Assembly (NCBI GenBank): GCA_963791045.1
Contig: CAWBQK010000013.1
Coordinates: forward strand, 270,933-334,932
Direction: 5' to 3'
Length of the DNA: 64,000 bases
Source of the DNA: Candidatus Latescibacterota bacterium
GTDB lineage: Bacteria > Krumholzibacteriota > Krumholzibacteriia > WVZY01
The position numbers and the translations under genes are program-made. Shown one piece after another: positions 1 through 9,861 of the stretch (its first letter is position 1; the number at the start of each line of letters is the position of its first letter). The notes under the pieces were generated by a model, which saw nothing but the letters and a program-made list of their open reading frames with translations, was not told the DNA's origin and made no database searches.

Positions 1-104
1 AATAGCGTCTGGACTCAACTCGTCCGCAATCGTATCCTGTCTCCAACGCTGTGTGAGTCAAACGGAACCAATCTTTGAATCTCCGTCAAAGGCCCGAGAA
101 CGAC

Positions 105-902
105 ATGGGAAAAACAAGCACCGGAGCTCTCGATCAGGATGTTCGAATCACCGATCAGTTGAATCCTGATATTGATTTCACCCGTCCGCCTGGCGGCGGC
201 AAAGAGCTTTTTGACATCGTCGGCAGCTTATCGGGCAAACGAATCCTCGACGTGGGATGCGGGCTCGGGCCGTACAGGCAAGAAATCGAAAAACGGGGCG
301 GCAAGTGGATCGGCGTCGATTTAAAGGGACCCGGGTGCAGCGTCATCGCTGATGGCCTTCACCTTCCGTTTCCCGACGGATCATTTGACGGCGTGCTGTG
401 CGCCGCCGTTCTTGAACATGTTCCCGATCTCGATATTTTCATGATGGAAATCAAGAGGGTCCTCGCCGCCCACGGCGTACTGTTCGGATATGCGGCGTTT
501 CTCGAACCGTTCCACGGCATGTCCTACTACCACATGACACACCTCGGACTCGAGCACTTGCTCATAAAACATGGATTTCGTCCCAATCGTATTTTTGCCG
601 CGCGAAACGGCACCGCGTACCAGATCGAGAGCATGTTTTTTCCACGATACATTCCCGTCGTTCAGCCGGCGTTCCGCGCCGTCGCCCAATGGTCGATGGC
701 AATCACGATGTGGCTTAATCGAACAGTCCGCTCGATGGTCCGTGCTCTCCGCGGCGGCCAGCGCGATGACGGAACGGACGCGATTCGTTACAAACAACTA
801 CTCTCTCTCCGGTTTGCCGTCGGGTTCAATTTTGTCGCGCGGCGCTCCGATTCTCCCGGCGTCATTGCGTCCTACTCCGCTTTTTCGGACCCCAATCGTT
901 AG
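105..902 (+). CDS. Class I SAM-dependent methyltransferase (Methyltransf_11-like)
   Basis: Motif I ILDVGCGLG and LPFPDGSFDGV. ATG at 105 preferred over TTG at 75. Confidence 0.8.
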   Translation: MGKTSTGALDQDVRITDQLNPDIDFTRPPGGGKELFDIVGSLSGKRILDVGCGLGPYRQEIEKRGGKWIGVDLKGPGCSVIADGLHLPFPDGSFDGVLCAAVLEHVPDLDIFMMEIKRVLAAHGVLFGYAAFLEPFHGMSYYHMTHLGLEHLLIKHGFRPNRIFAARNGTAYQIESMFFPRYIPVVQPAFRAVAQWSMAITMWLNRTVRSMVRALRGGQRDDGTDAIRYKQLLSLRFAVGFNFVARRSDSPGVIASYSAFSDPNR

Positions 903-1007
903 ATATTGCGATTTTCGCCTCGCGAATTCCTACCGCACAAAGAGGTTAGCGGCGGACGCGCAATTTGCACGATTTTTCACCTGACAAACACTTCTACATT
1001 ATTATAT

Positions 1008-1037
1008 TTGAATGAGTTGGCCGCTTCGTGCTATAAT
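1008..1037 (+). promoter_or_regulatory. Putative sigma70 promoter for the 1204-aa secreted protein
   Basis: TTGAAT (1008-1013), 18-bp spacer, extended -10 TGcTATAAT (1029-1037) in AT-rich intergenic DNA. Confidence 0.5.
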
Positions 1038-1124
1038 TAATCATTGCCTGTTCTCTGTCCTTGGTGGCCTATCCGACGAGCAACCCCTAACTAGACTTAT
1101 GTAAACACCAGGAGCAAACATCCT

Positions 1125-4100
1125 ATGACTACGCTTCTTCGCCTTGGGTTCGCCATTGCCATCATCGTAACCGTCCTGTCGCCGTACTCGGTGCGCGCCG
1201 TCGAACCAGGGACAAATGATCTTGGTTTTCTCGAGGGCATAAGCCTCATCGAACTCGAGACGGACGACATCGCTTCGATGCACGTCGCCCGCCGGTTGAT
1301 TCAATCTTACGGCGGCACCGTCGCCATCATGTCGCCCCCTTCTCTTCTCGTCGGCGTGATACCGTATGAGATTCGCGATCAACTCATCGGAAAAACGGGA
1401 ATCAAGGACATCTATCATACCGAGGTACTTCCCGGCGAAGTCCAGACGAACGATTCGAGATCGGAAGCGATGGTCGGATTCTTTAACGCCGCCGTCAGAG
1501 GCGAACTGGCCGCGGATCGGGACCGGTTTATACAGTCGGTAACGGCGGACGGCCCGCGCGAACAACGCGAGCCCGACCTTTTTTCGGCTGACGACATCGA
1601 CCCCCGCGCTTACCTCGATAACCTGCTGGCCAACGGGCTGGACGCTAAAAAACTCGAAGAAGAGGGTCTTCCCCTCAACCCGACCACGATGGCCACCGCG
1701 GGCAACAGCGACTACATGACGGGCACAGTGGCGTTGACGCTTTTCTTCGTGGAAAGCGACGGCACCGGTTCCGACCCGGATCAGTACACATGGACGCCCG
1801 AACACATGCAGAATTATATAAACGGCGTGGGAACCGCGCTCTACTGGTGGTCCAGCCGCGCCGCGCAGCACGGGGACTGTTGGGTTACCTTCCTCATCAA
1901 TTATTATTCGGGAGCCGACGAGAGATGTCAGCAGTGGGTCGAACCGATTCTGCATACCACTGAATACGAGGAAACGTGGATTAACGAAATCATGTCGAAC
2001 TTCGGTTACACATCGGGAACTCGCTTTTCCCGTGTTAGTGCTTTCAACACCTGGCAGCGATCGTATTACAACACCGACCGCTCGTATTCGGCTTTCATCC
2101 CTTACAACCCGGCCCCCGCGGCGGCAAGCTTTCCCGGAGGCGGAACGGCATACGCATACTGGTATGGCCCGCATACGGTTTTGCTCTACCACGTTCAGGG
2201 ATGGACGACCGCCGAGGTATTCGCTCACGAAACCGGCCATATCTTCGGCGCCTGCGACGAGTATGCGGGCGGGTGCTCATCGCCCACGTACGTTTGTGCC
2301 AACGGCGTAATCAACGGCAATTGCGAAGTCGGCAATCCCGACAGCCGCGACTGCATGATGAAAGAAAACTCGTTCTCAGTTTGCACGTACACAGTGAGTC
2401 ATCTTGGTTGGGAGATTAACAACCCATGTGCACCGGCGGAACCGCCTCTTCTCCCCACGGTGACATTGTCGACGGTCGATCCTCCGTCCGGATTCCACGG
2501 AGTGGACACATCGATCACTCTTTTTGGATCCAATTTCTACCCCGGGATCAGACTGGAAATGGGGGACGACATCTTCGTCCACGGGATCGATATTATCAAC
2601 GACCACACGCTTATCGCCCATACGACGGTTCTCGCATCCGCTCCCCCGGGACTTCGCAACGCCCGGGTCTTCAACCGTGACGGTCAGTTCGCGACACTCA
2701 CGGATGTATTCGAAGTTCTCCCCACGACGCGGCACTATTATTCGCCCACGGGCGGGGACGGTCCTCCCTATCTGTCGCCGGCAAACGCGGCCACGTCGTT
2801 TGAAGACGCCATCGCAGCCACCTACGACGGCGATACGCTCTTCGTCGTGACGATGACCTTTGACGACTTTTCGCTCATCGTCAATCACGGCGTTGTTTTT
2901 CACGGCGGATGGAACAACGATTTCAGCGCCCGTGACCTTGAAACCGGCAAGACGCTTGTTAACCTGAACGCCATAAACGGCAACATCACTTTTACCGGCG
3001 CGTCGCAAAACGCGGGGTTCGATGGATTTACAATCCAGAACGGCACCGGCGTGTATGACTTTTTCCCCTTCGGCGCCTATTTTGGCGGCGCGGTCCGATT
3101 CGTCGGGGGCAGTGCGGTCATCGCCAATTGTGAAATCAGTTCCAGCGCGGCGGGTGGCCCGATGAACTACGGTCTTGGAGGAGCGGTCTTCGCCGACGGG
3201 TGCCAGGTAGACATTCGTGACAGTTATATCCACGACAACGCGGCGACCCAGGGCGGCGCCCTGTACCTCCGCGGATGCACAGGGACGGTCTCGGGCAATA
3301 CAATCTCGGGCAACTCGCTATTCGCATCGCCCGAAACTCTTGTTGGCGGCGGCGTTGCCATCGTCGACTCGCCGGAAATGATTTTGACGGATAATGTCTT
3401 TTCGTCGAATACCTCCGCTGCGGAGGGCGGCGGGCTTTATGTCGAAAACTGCCCCAACCTGACAATGACCGGCGGCTCTCTATCAGCAAACGAGGCATCC
3501 TTCGCCGGCGGCGGTGTCAGGCTCAAGAAAACGACCGCCGTAATAGACGGGGTCGAGTTCAACGGCAACACCAGCGCCGGCCTCGGCGGCGGACTCGCCG
3601 CCATCGACTCGACCAACGCCACACTGTCAACGTCGACTTTTGTGTCCAACTCCGCCGCGGTCGGAGGGGGCGCTTATGCAACGGCCGGCTCTTTCTTTGT
3701 GACCCACAACCTCTTCACCGGCAATGCGTCGGCAAGCACCGGCGGCGCGCTGGTGGTGAGCGTAACAAATTCCGGAACCGTAATCGGAAACACGCTCAAC
3801 GCCAACTCGGCAAGCGGTGTGGGAGGATTGCTGGTCGGCGGAGACGTTGAGATTTTCAATAATATTGTCACAAACAACACGGGGCTGGGCGTTTCGTCCA
3901 CCTCGGGACAACCCCCCGTCTTGTCTCACAACCTCACGTGGAACAACTCGGGCGGGGACTATTCGAATTGCACGCCGGGCGACGGTTCGATATCCGCCGA
4001 CCCGATCTTCGTCGATCCCGCGGGCGGCGATTATCACCTGGCGCTTCATTCTCCGGCGATCGACGCGGGTATTGTAAACGGTTTGTACACGGACCCAGAT

Positions 4101-4739
4101 GGATCGCGCGGGGATCTGGGAGTCTACGGCTCGCACACATTCCAGATGGAACAGCCTGCCTTCACCAACAACCTGGCGGCTGACGTGGAGGGGGCAAACG
4201 TGGTTCTCGAATGGGACAAAAATCCCGAGAGCGACATCGCCAATTATGCCGTTTATTGCGACACCATCGGAGGCTTCACCCCTTCAGAGTTGAATTTTGT
4301 CGCGCTCGTCTCGGGATCCGACTCGACAACAACACTCGACCTTCCCGCGGATTCCTCGTACTATGTTGTCTCCGCCGTCGACACCGGCGGCTACGCGGGC
4401 GGTTACTCGGCGGCGGCATCGATTTCGCCTGCCACGGGTATCGGAGATCGTGTCACGCGCTATGAATACAAGCTGGGACAGAACGTACCCAACCCGTTCA
4501 ATCCGGTGACAACCATCGCCTATCAGCTTCCCGCAAGAACCAACGTCGAGTTGAATGTTTACGATGTCAACGGCCGCCTGGTGCGGCGGTTGGTATCGCA
4601 GTCACAGGGAGCGGGATCCTACTCGATCACATGGGCGGGAAAAAACGATTACGGAGAACCCGTGGCTTCCGGTGTCTATTTTTACCGTCTCAATACGGGC
4701 AGCTTTGTCAAAACACGAAAAATGGTTCTTTTGAAATAG
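1125..4739 (+). CDS. Secreted multidomain zinc metalloprotease-like protein (HExxH domain, Ig/IPT-like domain, right-handed beta-helix, FN3-like, FlgD-Ig/T9SS-like C-terminal domain)
   Basis: Signal peptide ending VRA; HETGHIFGACDEY plus downstream CMM Met-turn candidate; repeated GGA(L/V)/FxxN beta-helix motifs; C-terminal QNVPNPFNP...GVYFYRL...KMVLLK; RBS AGGAG. Confidence 0.8.
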   Translation: MTTLLRLGFAIAIIVTVLSPYSVRAVEPGTNDLGFLEGISLIELETDDIASMHVARRLIQSYGGTVAIMSPPSLLVGVIPYEIRDQLIGKTGIKDIYHTEVLPGEVQTNDSRSEAMVGFFNAAVRGELAADRDRFIQSVTADGPREQREPDLFSADDIDPRAYLDNLLANGLDAKKLEEEGLPLNPTTMATAGNSDYMTGTVALTLFFVESDGTGSDPDQYTWTPEHMQNYINGVGTALYWWSSRAAQHGDCWVTFLINYYSGADERCQQWVEPILHTTEYEETWINEIMSNFGYTSGTRFSRVSAFNTWQRSYYNTDRSYSAFIPYNPAPAAASFPGGGTAYAYWYGPHTVLLYHVQGWTTAEVFAHETGHIFGACDEYAGGCSSPTYVCANGVINGNCEVGNPDSRDCMMKENSFSVCTYTVSHLGWEINNPCAPAEPPLLPTVTLSTVDPPSGFHGVDTSITLFGSNFYPGIRLEMGDDIFVHGIDIINDHTLIAHTTVLASAPPGLRNARVFNRDGQFATLTDVFEVLPTTRHYYSPTGGDGPPYLSPANAATSFEDAIAATYDGDTLFVVTMTFDDFSLIVNHGVVFHGGWNNDFSARDLETGKTLVNLNAINGNITFTGASQNAGFDGFTIQNGTGVYDFFPFGAYFGGAVRFVGGSAVIANCEISSSAAGGPMNYGLGGAVFADGCQVDIRDSYIHDNAATQGGALYLRGCTGTVSGNTISGNSLFASPETLVGGGVAIVDSPEMILTDNVFSSNTSAAEGGGLYVENCPNLTMTGGSLSANEASFAGGGVRLKKTTAVIDGVEFNGNTSAGLGGGLAAIDSTNATLSTSTFVSNSAAVGGGAYATAGSFFVTHNLFTGNASASTGGALVVSVTNSGTVIGNTLNANSASGVGGLLVGGDVEIFNNIVTNNTGLGVSSTSGQPPVLSHNLTWNNSGGDYSNCTPGDGSISADPIFVDPAGGDYHLALHSPAIDAGIVNGLYTDPDGSRGDLGVYGSHTFQMEQPAFTNNLAADVEGANVVLEWDKNPESDIANYAVYCDTIGGFTPSELNFVALVSGSDSTTTLDLPADSSYYVVSAVDTGGYAGGYSAAASISPATGIGDRVTRYEYKLGQNVPNPFNPVTTIAYQLPARTNVELNVYDVNGRLVRRLVSQSQGAGSYSITWAGKNDYGEPVASGVYFYRLNTGSFVKTRKMVLLK

Positions 4740-4769
4740 CCTTCGGCCTGATCGAACAAGCACGCCCCA

Positions 4770-5216
4770 ATGGGAGCTTTCGCAATCATGTTGCTTTTGC
4801 TTCACACCGCCGCAACGTGGATGATGGTCGGCGTCATCTGGTTTGTCCAAATCATCCATTACCCTCTTTTCAACAAGATCGGCGAGGGAGCCTTTCCCGA
4901 ATACCACAAGTTGCACATGAACTTGACCATGCGCGTGATTACCCTACCGTCCGTGGTCGAAGGAATCACCGGGGTACTCATTGCCCTGAACCGGCCGGAA
5001 GGCGTTACATCAGCGCAGATATGGATGGGTCTGGCGCTGCTCGCCGTCATCTGGACTGCCACTTTTCTCATGCAGGTCCCAAAACATTTTGCGCTGTCGA
5101 AAAAATACGACACGCGGCTCTACCGTTCGCTCGTCGGCTCCAACTGGATAAGAACCGTGGCGTGGAGCCTGCGCGGCGCGCTCACCTTGTGGATGATTTC
5201 GGGAACAATGAATTGA
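4770..5216 (+). CDS. Small 4-TM membrane protein of unknown function
   Basis: Four hydrophobic helices; conserved-looking motifs GVIWFVQIIHYPLF, QVPKH and NWIRT. Confidence 0.7.
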   Translation: MGAFAIMLLLLHTAATWMMVGVIWFVQIIHYPLFNKIGEGAFPEYHKLHMNLTMRVITLPSVVEGITGVLIALNRPEGVTSAQIWMGLALLAVIWTATFLMQVPKHFALSKKYDTRLYRSLVGSNWIRTVAWSLRGALTLWMISGTMN

Positions 5217-5228
5217 TGGGAGCGGGGA

Positions 5229-5630
5229 TCAGCCGAGCGAGGCTATGACGTCGCGGAGGTCTCCCTCCAGGGGAAGCGCCTTGTTCGTCTTCGCATCAAC
5301 AACAACGAAGGTGACTTCCGCGTCCGCGACGACATCGTCGGTATCGGCAAAATGAATTTCCTGGCGGACCGTCGCGCTTTTTTCGCCCAGCCTCGACAGC
5401 GCGCATCTCACCTCGAGAAGATCACCGAGCATAGCGGCACGGCGGTAGTTGATCGTTATGTTTACGATAGTAAACGCCAGGCCGCGCTCGAGCCACGCAC
5501 CGATATCGATTTTCTCTTCGATGAGTTCCCACCGCGCGTCCTCAAGAAACTCTAAATACCGCGCATTGTTGACATGGCCATATACATCGAGATGATAGCC
5601 GCGAACCTTTATGCGTGTGTTATATGTCAT
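5229..5630 (-). CDS. fadM: Acyl-CoA thioesterase, hotdog fold (YbgC/FadM family)
   Basis: IKVRGYHLDVYGHVNNARYLEFLEDARW closely resembles the E. coli FadM/YbaW N-terminus as I recall it. Confidence 0.8.
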   Translation of the reverse strand: MTYNTRIKVRGYHLDVYGHVNNARYLEFLEDARWELIEEKIDIGAWLERGLAFTIVNITINYRRAAMLGDLLEVRCALSRLGEKSATVRQEIHFADTDDVVADAEVTFVVVDAKTNKALPLEGDLRDVIASLG

Positions 5631-5669
5631 CGATTTTACCCGGCGCAAGAAATGATAAAAGTCTTGTTC

Positions 5670-5720
5670 AAATCAAAGACCCGGAAACGGGACCTCGCCG
5701 GCCCCGCCCCGGGTATTTGA
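5670..5720 (-). terminator. Hairpin/putative terminator after citF
   Basis: Minus strand tcaaatacccggggcggggcc-ggcga-ggtcccgtttccgggtctttga forms a long GC/GU stem followed by ttt. Confidence 0.5.
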
Positions 5721-5749
5721 CTTCATCAGTCGAAGAACATCTCAATCGA

Positions 5750-7315
5750 TTACTCTTCAACCTGCCACACGGTATCGATAACCGTTCCATCAACCCACTT
5801 AATGACGGCGATCGGCTTATCGGTTACCGGCGGTTCCTCCGGCTTGCCGCCGATGATTCCTTCGATCTCGTCTTTGAGATCACGGATACGGCGAATCGGG
5901 AGACTCGTGTTCTTAACCGCTTTGAGCAAATCCTTCCGCCGAGGATTGATGGCGATCCCGCGCTCAGTGATCACGACATCGACGAGTTCGCCGGGGCCGG
6001 TCACCGTGGTCACCTTGTCGACGATCACCGGTATCCGGTCGCGGAAAGAAGGAATGGCGAGAATCGTACATCCCGAGGCGAGACAGTTTTGCCAGCCGCC
6101 GATGCCGTGGAGCAGGTAGCCGTCCGAATGGGTCACGACATTGGCGTTGAAATTAACATCAACCTCGGTCGCCCCCAGAACCGCCGCGTCGACCAGACTG
6201 GCGAAGTTGCCCTTCCCGTGGAAGTTGTACGACGTAAACGGCGTCGTCGCTACGTGCGAAGGGTTTGAACCGATCGACTCGACGGCGGCGAGATCAAACG
6301 TCTGTCCGTCGAGGATGTAATCGGTGAGCCCCTCGTTCAACATATCGACAAGATACTGTGTCGATCCGCCGCGGACAAAACGCGCCTTGACGCCGTCTTC
6401 GCGCATCATGTTTTTGAGAATCTCGACGAAGGCCAGAGCGATGCCGCCGGCACCCGCCTGGATGGAGAACCCATCGCGCATGATCCCCGATTCCCGTATA
6501 AAACGGGCCACATATTCAGCGGTGAGAAGCCGGTCGGGACTCTTCGTGATTTGCGTCGTGCCCGATACGATCTTCGCCGGATCGCCGATCTTATCTACTT
6601 CGACAACAAAATCCACATTGTTGCCTTGCACCTGCCACGGGATGCACGGAAAGGGGACGATGTTGTCGGTGACGACAATTACACGATCCGCATGAATCGA
6701 ATCGGCGAGTGCGAAACCGATCGAGCCGCAGGCCGAAGGCCCGTGCGATCCGTCCGAGTTGCCAAACGGATCCGCCGTCGGCGCCGCGATAACAGCGACA
6801 TCGACGTGAACCTCGCCGTCCTGGATCGCCTGCCAACGGCCGCCGTGCGATCGCAGCACACCCAGGCCGCGCATCTTACCGTGCGACGCGTAGCGCCCGA
6901 GGGGGCCGTTCATACTTCCCTCGATATGATGGATCACACCGCGATCCATAAGATCTATCATCGGCTCATGACACGGAAACGACGCGGTCGGGAACCACAT
7001 CAAGTCCTTGACCCCGAGTTCGGCTGCGGCGCCGAGCGCCATGTTCGCCACCTTGTCTCCGTTGCGGAGATGGTGGTGACTCGATATCGTCATCCCGTCC
7101 TTGAGTCCGCATTTCTTGAGAGCTGTCTTGAGATCGCGAACGCGCTTGTCCCCGTTTGCCGGATAATCCCGGCACGAACGAATCGGCGCCCCATACTTGT
7201 GACCTTTGGGTTTGTACGCGCCGACTCCCAGATAGGGAACCTGCTCGCGACCGTTAACAATCTTGGGGACTTTTCGCCCCACCTTATTCACGACAAAGTC
7301 GGATTTACCGCTCAT
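5750..7315 (-). CDS. citF: Citrate lyase alpha subunit-like CoA/ACP transferase
   Basis: GLKDGMTISSHHHLRNGD, LRSHGGR, TEVDVNFNANV, TTVTGPGELVDVVITERGIAINPRR and DGTVID are CitF hallmarks. Confidence 0.9.
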   Translation of the reverse strand: MSGKSDFVVNKVGRKVPKIVNGREQVPYLGVGAYKPKGHKYGAPIRSCRDYPANGDKRVRDLKTALKKCGLKDGMTISSHHHLRNGDKVANMALGAAAELGVKDLMWFPTASFPCHEPMIDLMDRGVIHHIEGSMNGPLGRYASHGKMRGLGVLRSHGGRWQAIQDGEVHVDVAVIAAPTADPFGNSDGSHGPSACGSIGFALADSIHADRVIVVTDNIVPFPCIPWQVQGNNVDFVVEVDKIGDPAKIVSGTTQITKSPDRLLTAEYVARFIRESGIMRDGFSIQAGAGGIALAFVEILKNMMREDGVKARFVRGGSTQYLVDMLNEGLTDYILDGQTFDLAAVESIGSNPSHVATTPFTSYNFHGKGNFASLVDAAVLGATEVDVNFNANVVTHSDGYLLHGIGGWQNCLASGCTILAIPSFRDRIPVIVDKVTTVTGPGELVDVVITERGIAINPRRKDLLKAVKNTSLPIRRIRDLKDEIEGIIGGKPEEPPVTDKPIAVIKWVDGTVIDTVWQVEE

Positions 7316-7352
7316 TGTCTGCCTCCACGATCAGTCGTTTTGTTTGCGTATC

Positions 7353-8612
7353 TTACTTTTTTGAAATCAACCCCGCGCGTTTCGCCGTTTCCACGAGCCG
7401 TTGTGCCCGCAGCACGACCGGCGGGTCGACCATCTTCGTCCCCAGGCTGACGACGCTTAAGCCTTTCTTCTTTGCGGCATCGAAAGCGGCAACGATCTTG
7501 AGCGCCTTTTCGATTTCTTCGGGTCCGGGGGCGAACGCCTCGTGAATCACCCGGATCTGACGGGGGTGAATACACCCCATTCCTTCGAATCCAAGACCGC
7601 GGGCGCGAACACCCCACGCTTTGAGACCGTCCGAGTCGCCCACATCCCCGTAGACCGAATCGATCGCCTGCACGCCGGCGGCACGCGCCGCGTTGGCCAG
7701 GCGGACACGCGCGAACTGCGATTCGTCTCCCTCCCTGGTCTTGCGAACGCCCATGTCGGCGGTATAATCCTCGAGCCCGATGGTCAGAGCCACCACGGTA
7801 TCGGCCGCGCCCGCTATCGCAAACGCGTTCTCGACACCAAGCGCTGACTCGATGATCGGCATCAACCACACCGGCGATTTGATTTTGTGCTGCCCTTGGA
7901 TCTTTTTGATCCGCTTGTCGACGTCGGCCACTTGTTCGGCGGTTTCGACCTTCGGGATCAACACCAGGTCCGGCGACTCCGGAATGATTTCGTCGAGATC
8001 ATCGAGTCCCATGGGAAGCTGGTTTATCCGGACCATCCGTTCGGCGCCGAGAAAATCGATGCATCGAAGTCCGTTTCTGACCAGAATCCGGGCCGAGTCT
8101 TTCTCGCCGGGATGAACCGAATCCTCGAGATCGAGAATCACGGCGTCGGGTCTATGAATTCCCGCATTTATCGCGAATTTGGGTTCGTTACCGGGAAGAT
8201 AGAGCCTCGACCTGCGCAGCCGGTCGCTTGCCGTCGGTCCCGACTGCTTGATCTTCCGCCCGATCGGTGTGCGTCCCTTGCACCCGGCGCGCCTTAGCGC
8301 CGTCTCAACTCTCGCGCCAATAACGAACGGCAGCCCTCCCTTGTCTTCGACTTCAACCCTGGCGTTCTTGACACCGTAACCGGCGAGAACCTTCTTTACC
8401 GTCTCGCGGATCGACTTGCCAAAAAACGCCTCGACCTTCGAACGGAGCTTGAGTTCCACGCCTCCTTTGTCCGACAATGTCACCGATACAAAGAGATCGG
8501 ACTTTACATCGTCTCCGCGGCGGCCGGCCTCGCCTTTCTTCGGCGCGGGCCGCTTCGCCCGCGCGCCCGCGCGTCCCCGTGCTTTCACGGTTTTCTTCTT
8601 TGCTTTGGGCAT
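7353..8612 (-). CDS. citE: CitD (ACP, gamma)-CitE (citryl-ACP/CoA lyase, beta) fusion with basic N-terminal tail
   Basis: N-domain KSDLFV...SKVEAFFGKSIRETV...VEDKGGL...ARVETALRRA is CitD-like. C-domain RRSRLYLPGN, ILDLEDSV, IIESALG, GLEDY, CIHPRQI and MVDPP is CitE. Confidence 0.88.
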   Translation of the reverse strand: MPKAKKKTVKARGRAGARAKRPAPKKGEAGRRGDDVKSDLFVSVTLSDKGGVELKLRSKVEAFFGKSIRETVKKVLAGYGVKNARVEVEDKGGLPFVIGARVETALRRAGCKGRTPIGRKIKQSGPTASDRLRRSRLYLPGNEPKFAINAGIHRPDAVILDLEDSVHPGEKDSARILVRNGLRCIDFLGAERMVRINQLPMGLDDLDEIIPESPDLVLIPKVETAEQVADVDKRIKKIQGQHKIKSPVWLMPIIESALGVENAFAIAGAADTVVALTIGLEDYTADMGVRKTREGDESQFARVRLANAARAAGVQAIDSVYGDVGDSDGLKAWGVRARGLGFEGMGCIHPRQIRVIHEAFAPGPEEIEKALKIVAAFDAAKKKGLSVVSLGTKMVDPPVVLRAQRLVETAKRAGLISKK

Positions 8613-8637
8613 TTCCCTTCCTCTTTTCCGCGTAAAC

Positions 8638-9819
8638 CTAGAGCTTCGAAATAATCGCGTCGGTCATCTGTATCGCCGTCGCCGCACCCTTAGAAATAGC
8701 GTCGGGCCCACCCGCGAGTTTCATCATATCGTACGGGCGAACCTTGCCTTCCTTGACAACCGCGGCAACCGCGTCGCGCATCCGCTTCGCCTTGTCGCCT
8801 TCGCCCACATGATCGACGAGCATCGCCGCGCTCAACACCATCGCGATCGGGTTGACGATCGGCGGATCGAGGTTTTCATATTTTGGCGCCGAGCCGTGCG
8901 TGGGCTCGAATACGGCGACTTCGTCGCCTATATTTCCCGAGCAGGCAAACCCGAGACCGCCGACAAGACCGGCGAACGCATCGGAAACGATGTCGCCAAA
9001 GAGATTGCCCGCGACGACCACGCCGTAGATTTCCGGATTCTTGGTCAGCCACATCATCTGCGCATCAATATTGGTCGACCACAGTTCGATATCAGGATAC
9101 TTCTCCTTCACGCTGGCCGCCACGTCTTCGAGCATTCCCGAAGTCTCACGAAGCACGTTCGGCTTTTCGCAAACGGTGACCGATGGGTACCCGTGTTTCT
9201 TCGCGTAGGCGAAAGCGGCCTCCATGATTCGCGTGCACGCATTGCGCGTAAACATGCGGACAGACACCGCCAAATCTTCGCCTTTGACATCCGCAAACGG
9301 TTTGTATTTTGGATGGGTCCCGAAACCCTTCCGCACCTCTTCGGGCGGATTTGTCCATTCCAGGCCGCAGTAGAGCCCCTCCGTGTTCTGACGGAAGATC
9401 ACCGCGTCGACTTTCGGCTCTTCGAAGCCACCGTCGGCGGTCTGGCGGATAAAGTTGAGTGGATTGCCGGGGAACGACCGGCAGGGACGGATACAAACAT
9501 CGAGATTGAATTTCTGCCGCATCCCGACGATCGGGCTGAAGTAGACGTATCCCTTGTCACGAAGCTCTGGGCTGAGCTCTTCGGCGGCCTTGTTTTTCGG
9601 CTTCGAAGTGATCGCGCCGAACAACCCCAGCTTGTGTTCTTTCAAGAGCTTGAGGGTTCTGTCGGGGAGCGGATTTCCCTCTTTGATCCAGAAGTCCCAA
9701 CCAATATCCGCATGAACGTAATCCGCCTCAAACCCAACCGCCTCCAACACCCGTACGGACTCCGGAAGAACCACTTTGCCGATACCGTCACCGGGCATCG
9801 TTACTACTGTACGCTTCAT
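8638..9819 (-). CDS. Beta-decarboxylating dehydrogenase, homoisocitrate dehydrogenase-like (ICDH/IPMDH family)
   Basis: MPGDGIG, LFGAITS, YFSPIVGMRQ, RQNTEGLY, NLFGDIVSD, FEPTHGSAP, NPIA. YxSPIVxxR resembles fungal Lys12. Confidence 0.85.
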   Translation of the reverse strand: MKRTVVTMPGDGIGKVVLPESVRVLEAVGFEADYVHADIGWDFWIKEGNPLPDRTLKLLKEHKLGLFGAITSKPKNKAAEELSPELRDKGYVYFSPIVGMRQKFNLDVCIRPCRSFPGNPLNFIRQTADGGFEEPKVDAVIFRQNTEGLYCGLEWTNPPEEVRKGFGTHPKYKPFADVKGEDLAVSVRMFTRNACTRIMEAAFAYAKKHGYPSVTVCEKPNVLRETSGMLEDVAASVKEKYPDIELWSTNIDAQMMWLTKNPEIYGVVVAGNLFGDIVSDAFAGLVGGLGFACSGNIGDEVAVFEPTHGSAPKYENLDPPIVNPIAMVLSAAMLVDHVGEGDKAKRMRDAVAAVVKEGKVRPYDMMKLAGGPDAISKGAATAIQMTDAIISKL

Positions 9820-9861
9820 AATCGTTACATCCCCCTTCACAAATGTTTGTTTTTGAAATCG

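Noticed and set aside
5229-5630. FadM thioesterase as a member of the tricarboxylate operon
   Set aside because: Same strand and chemically plausible, but separated from citF by a terminator-like hairpin; cannot be supported without synteny data.
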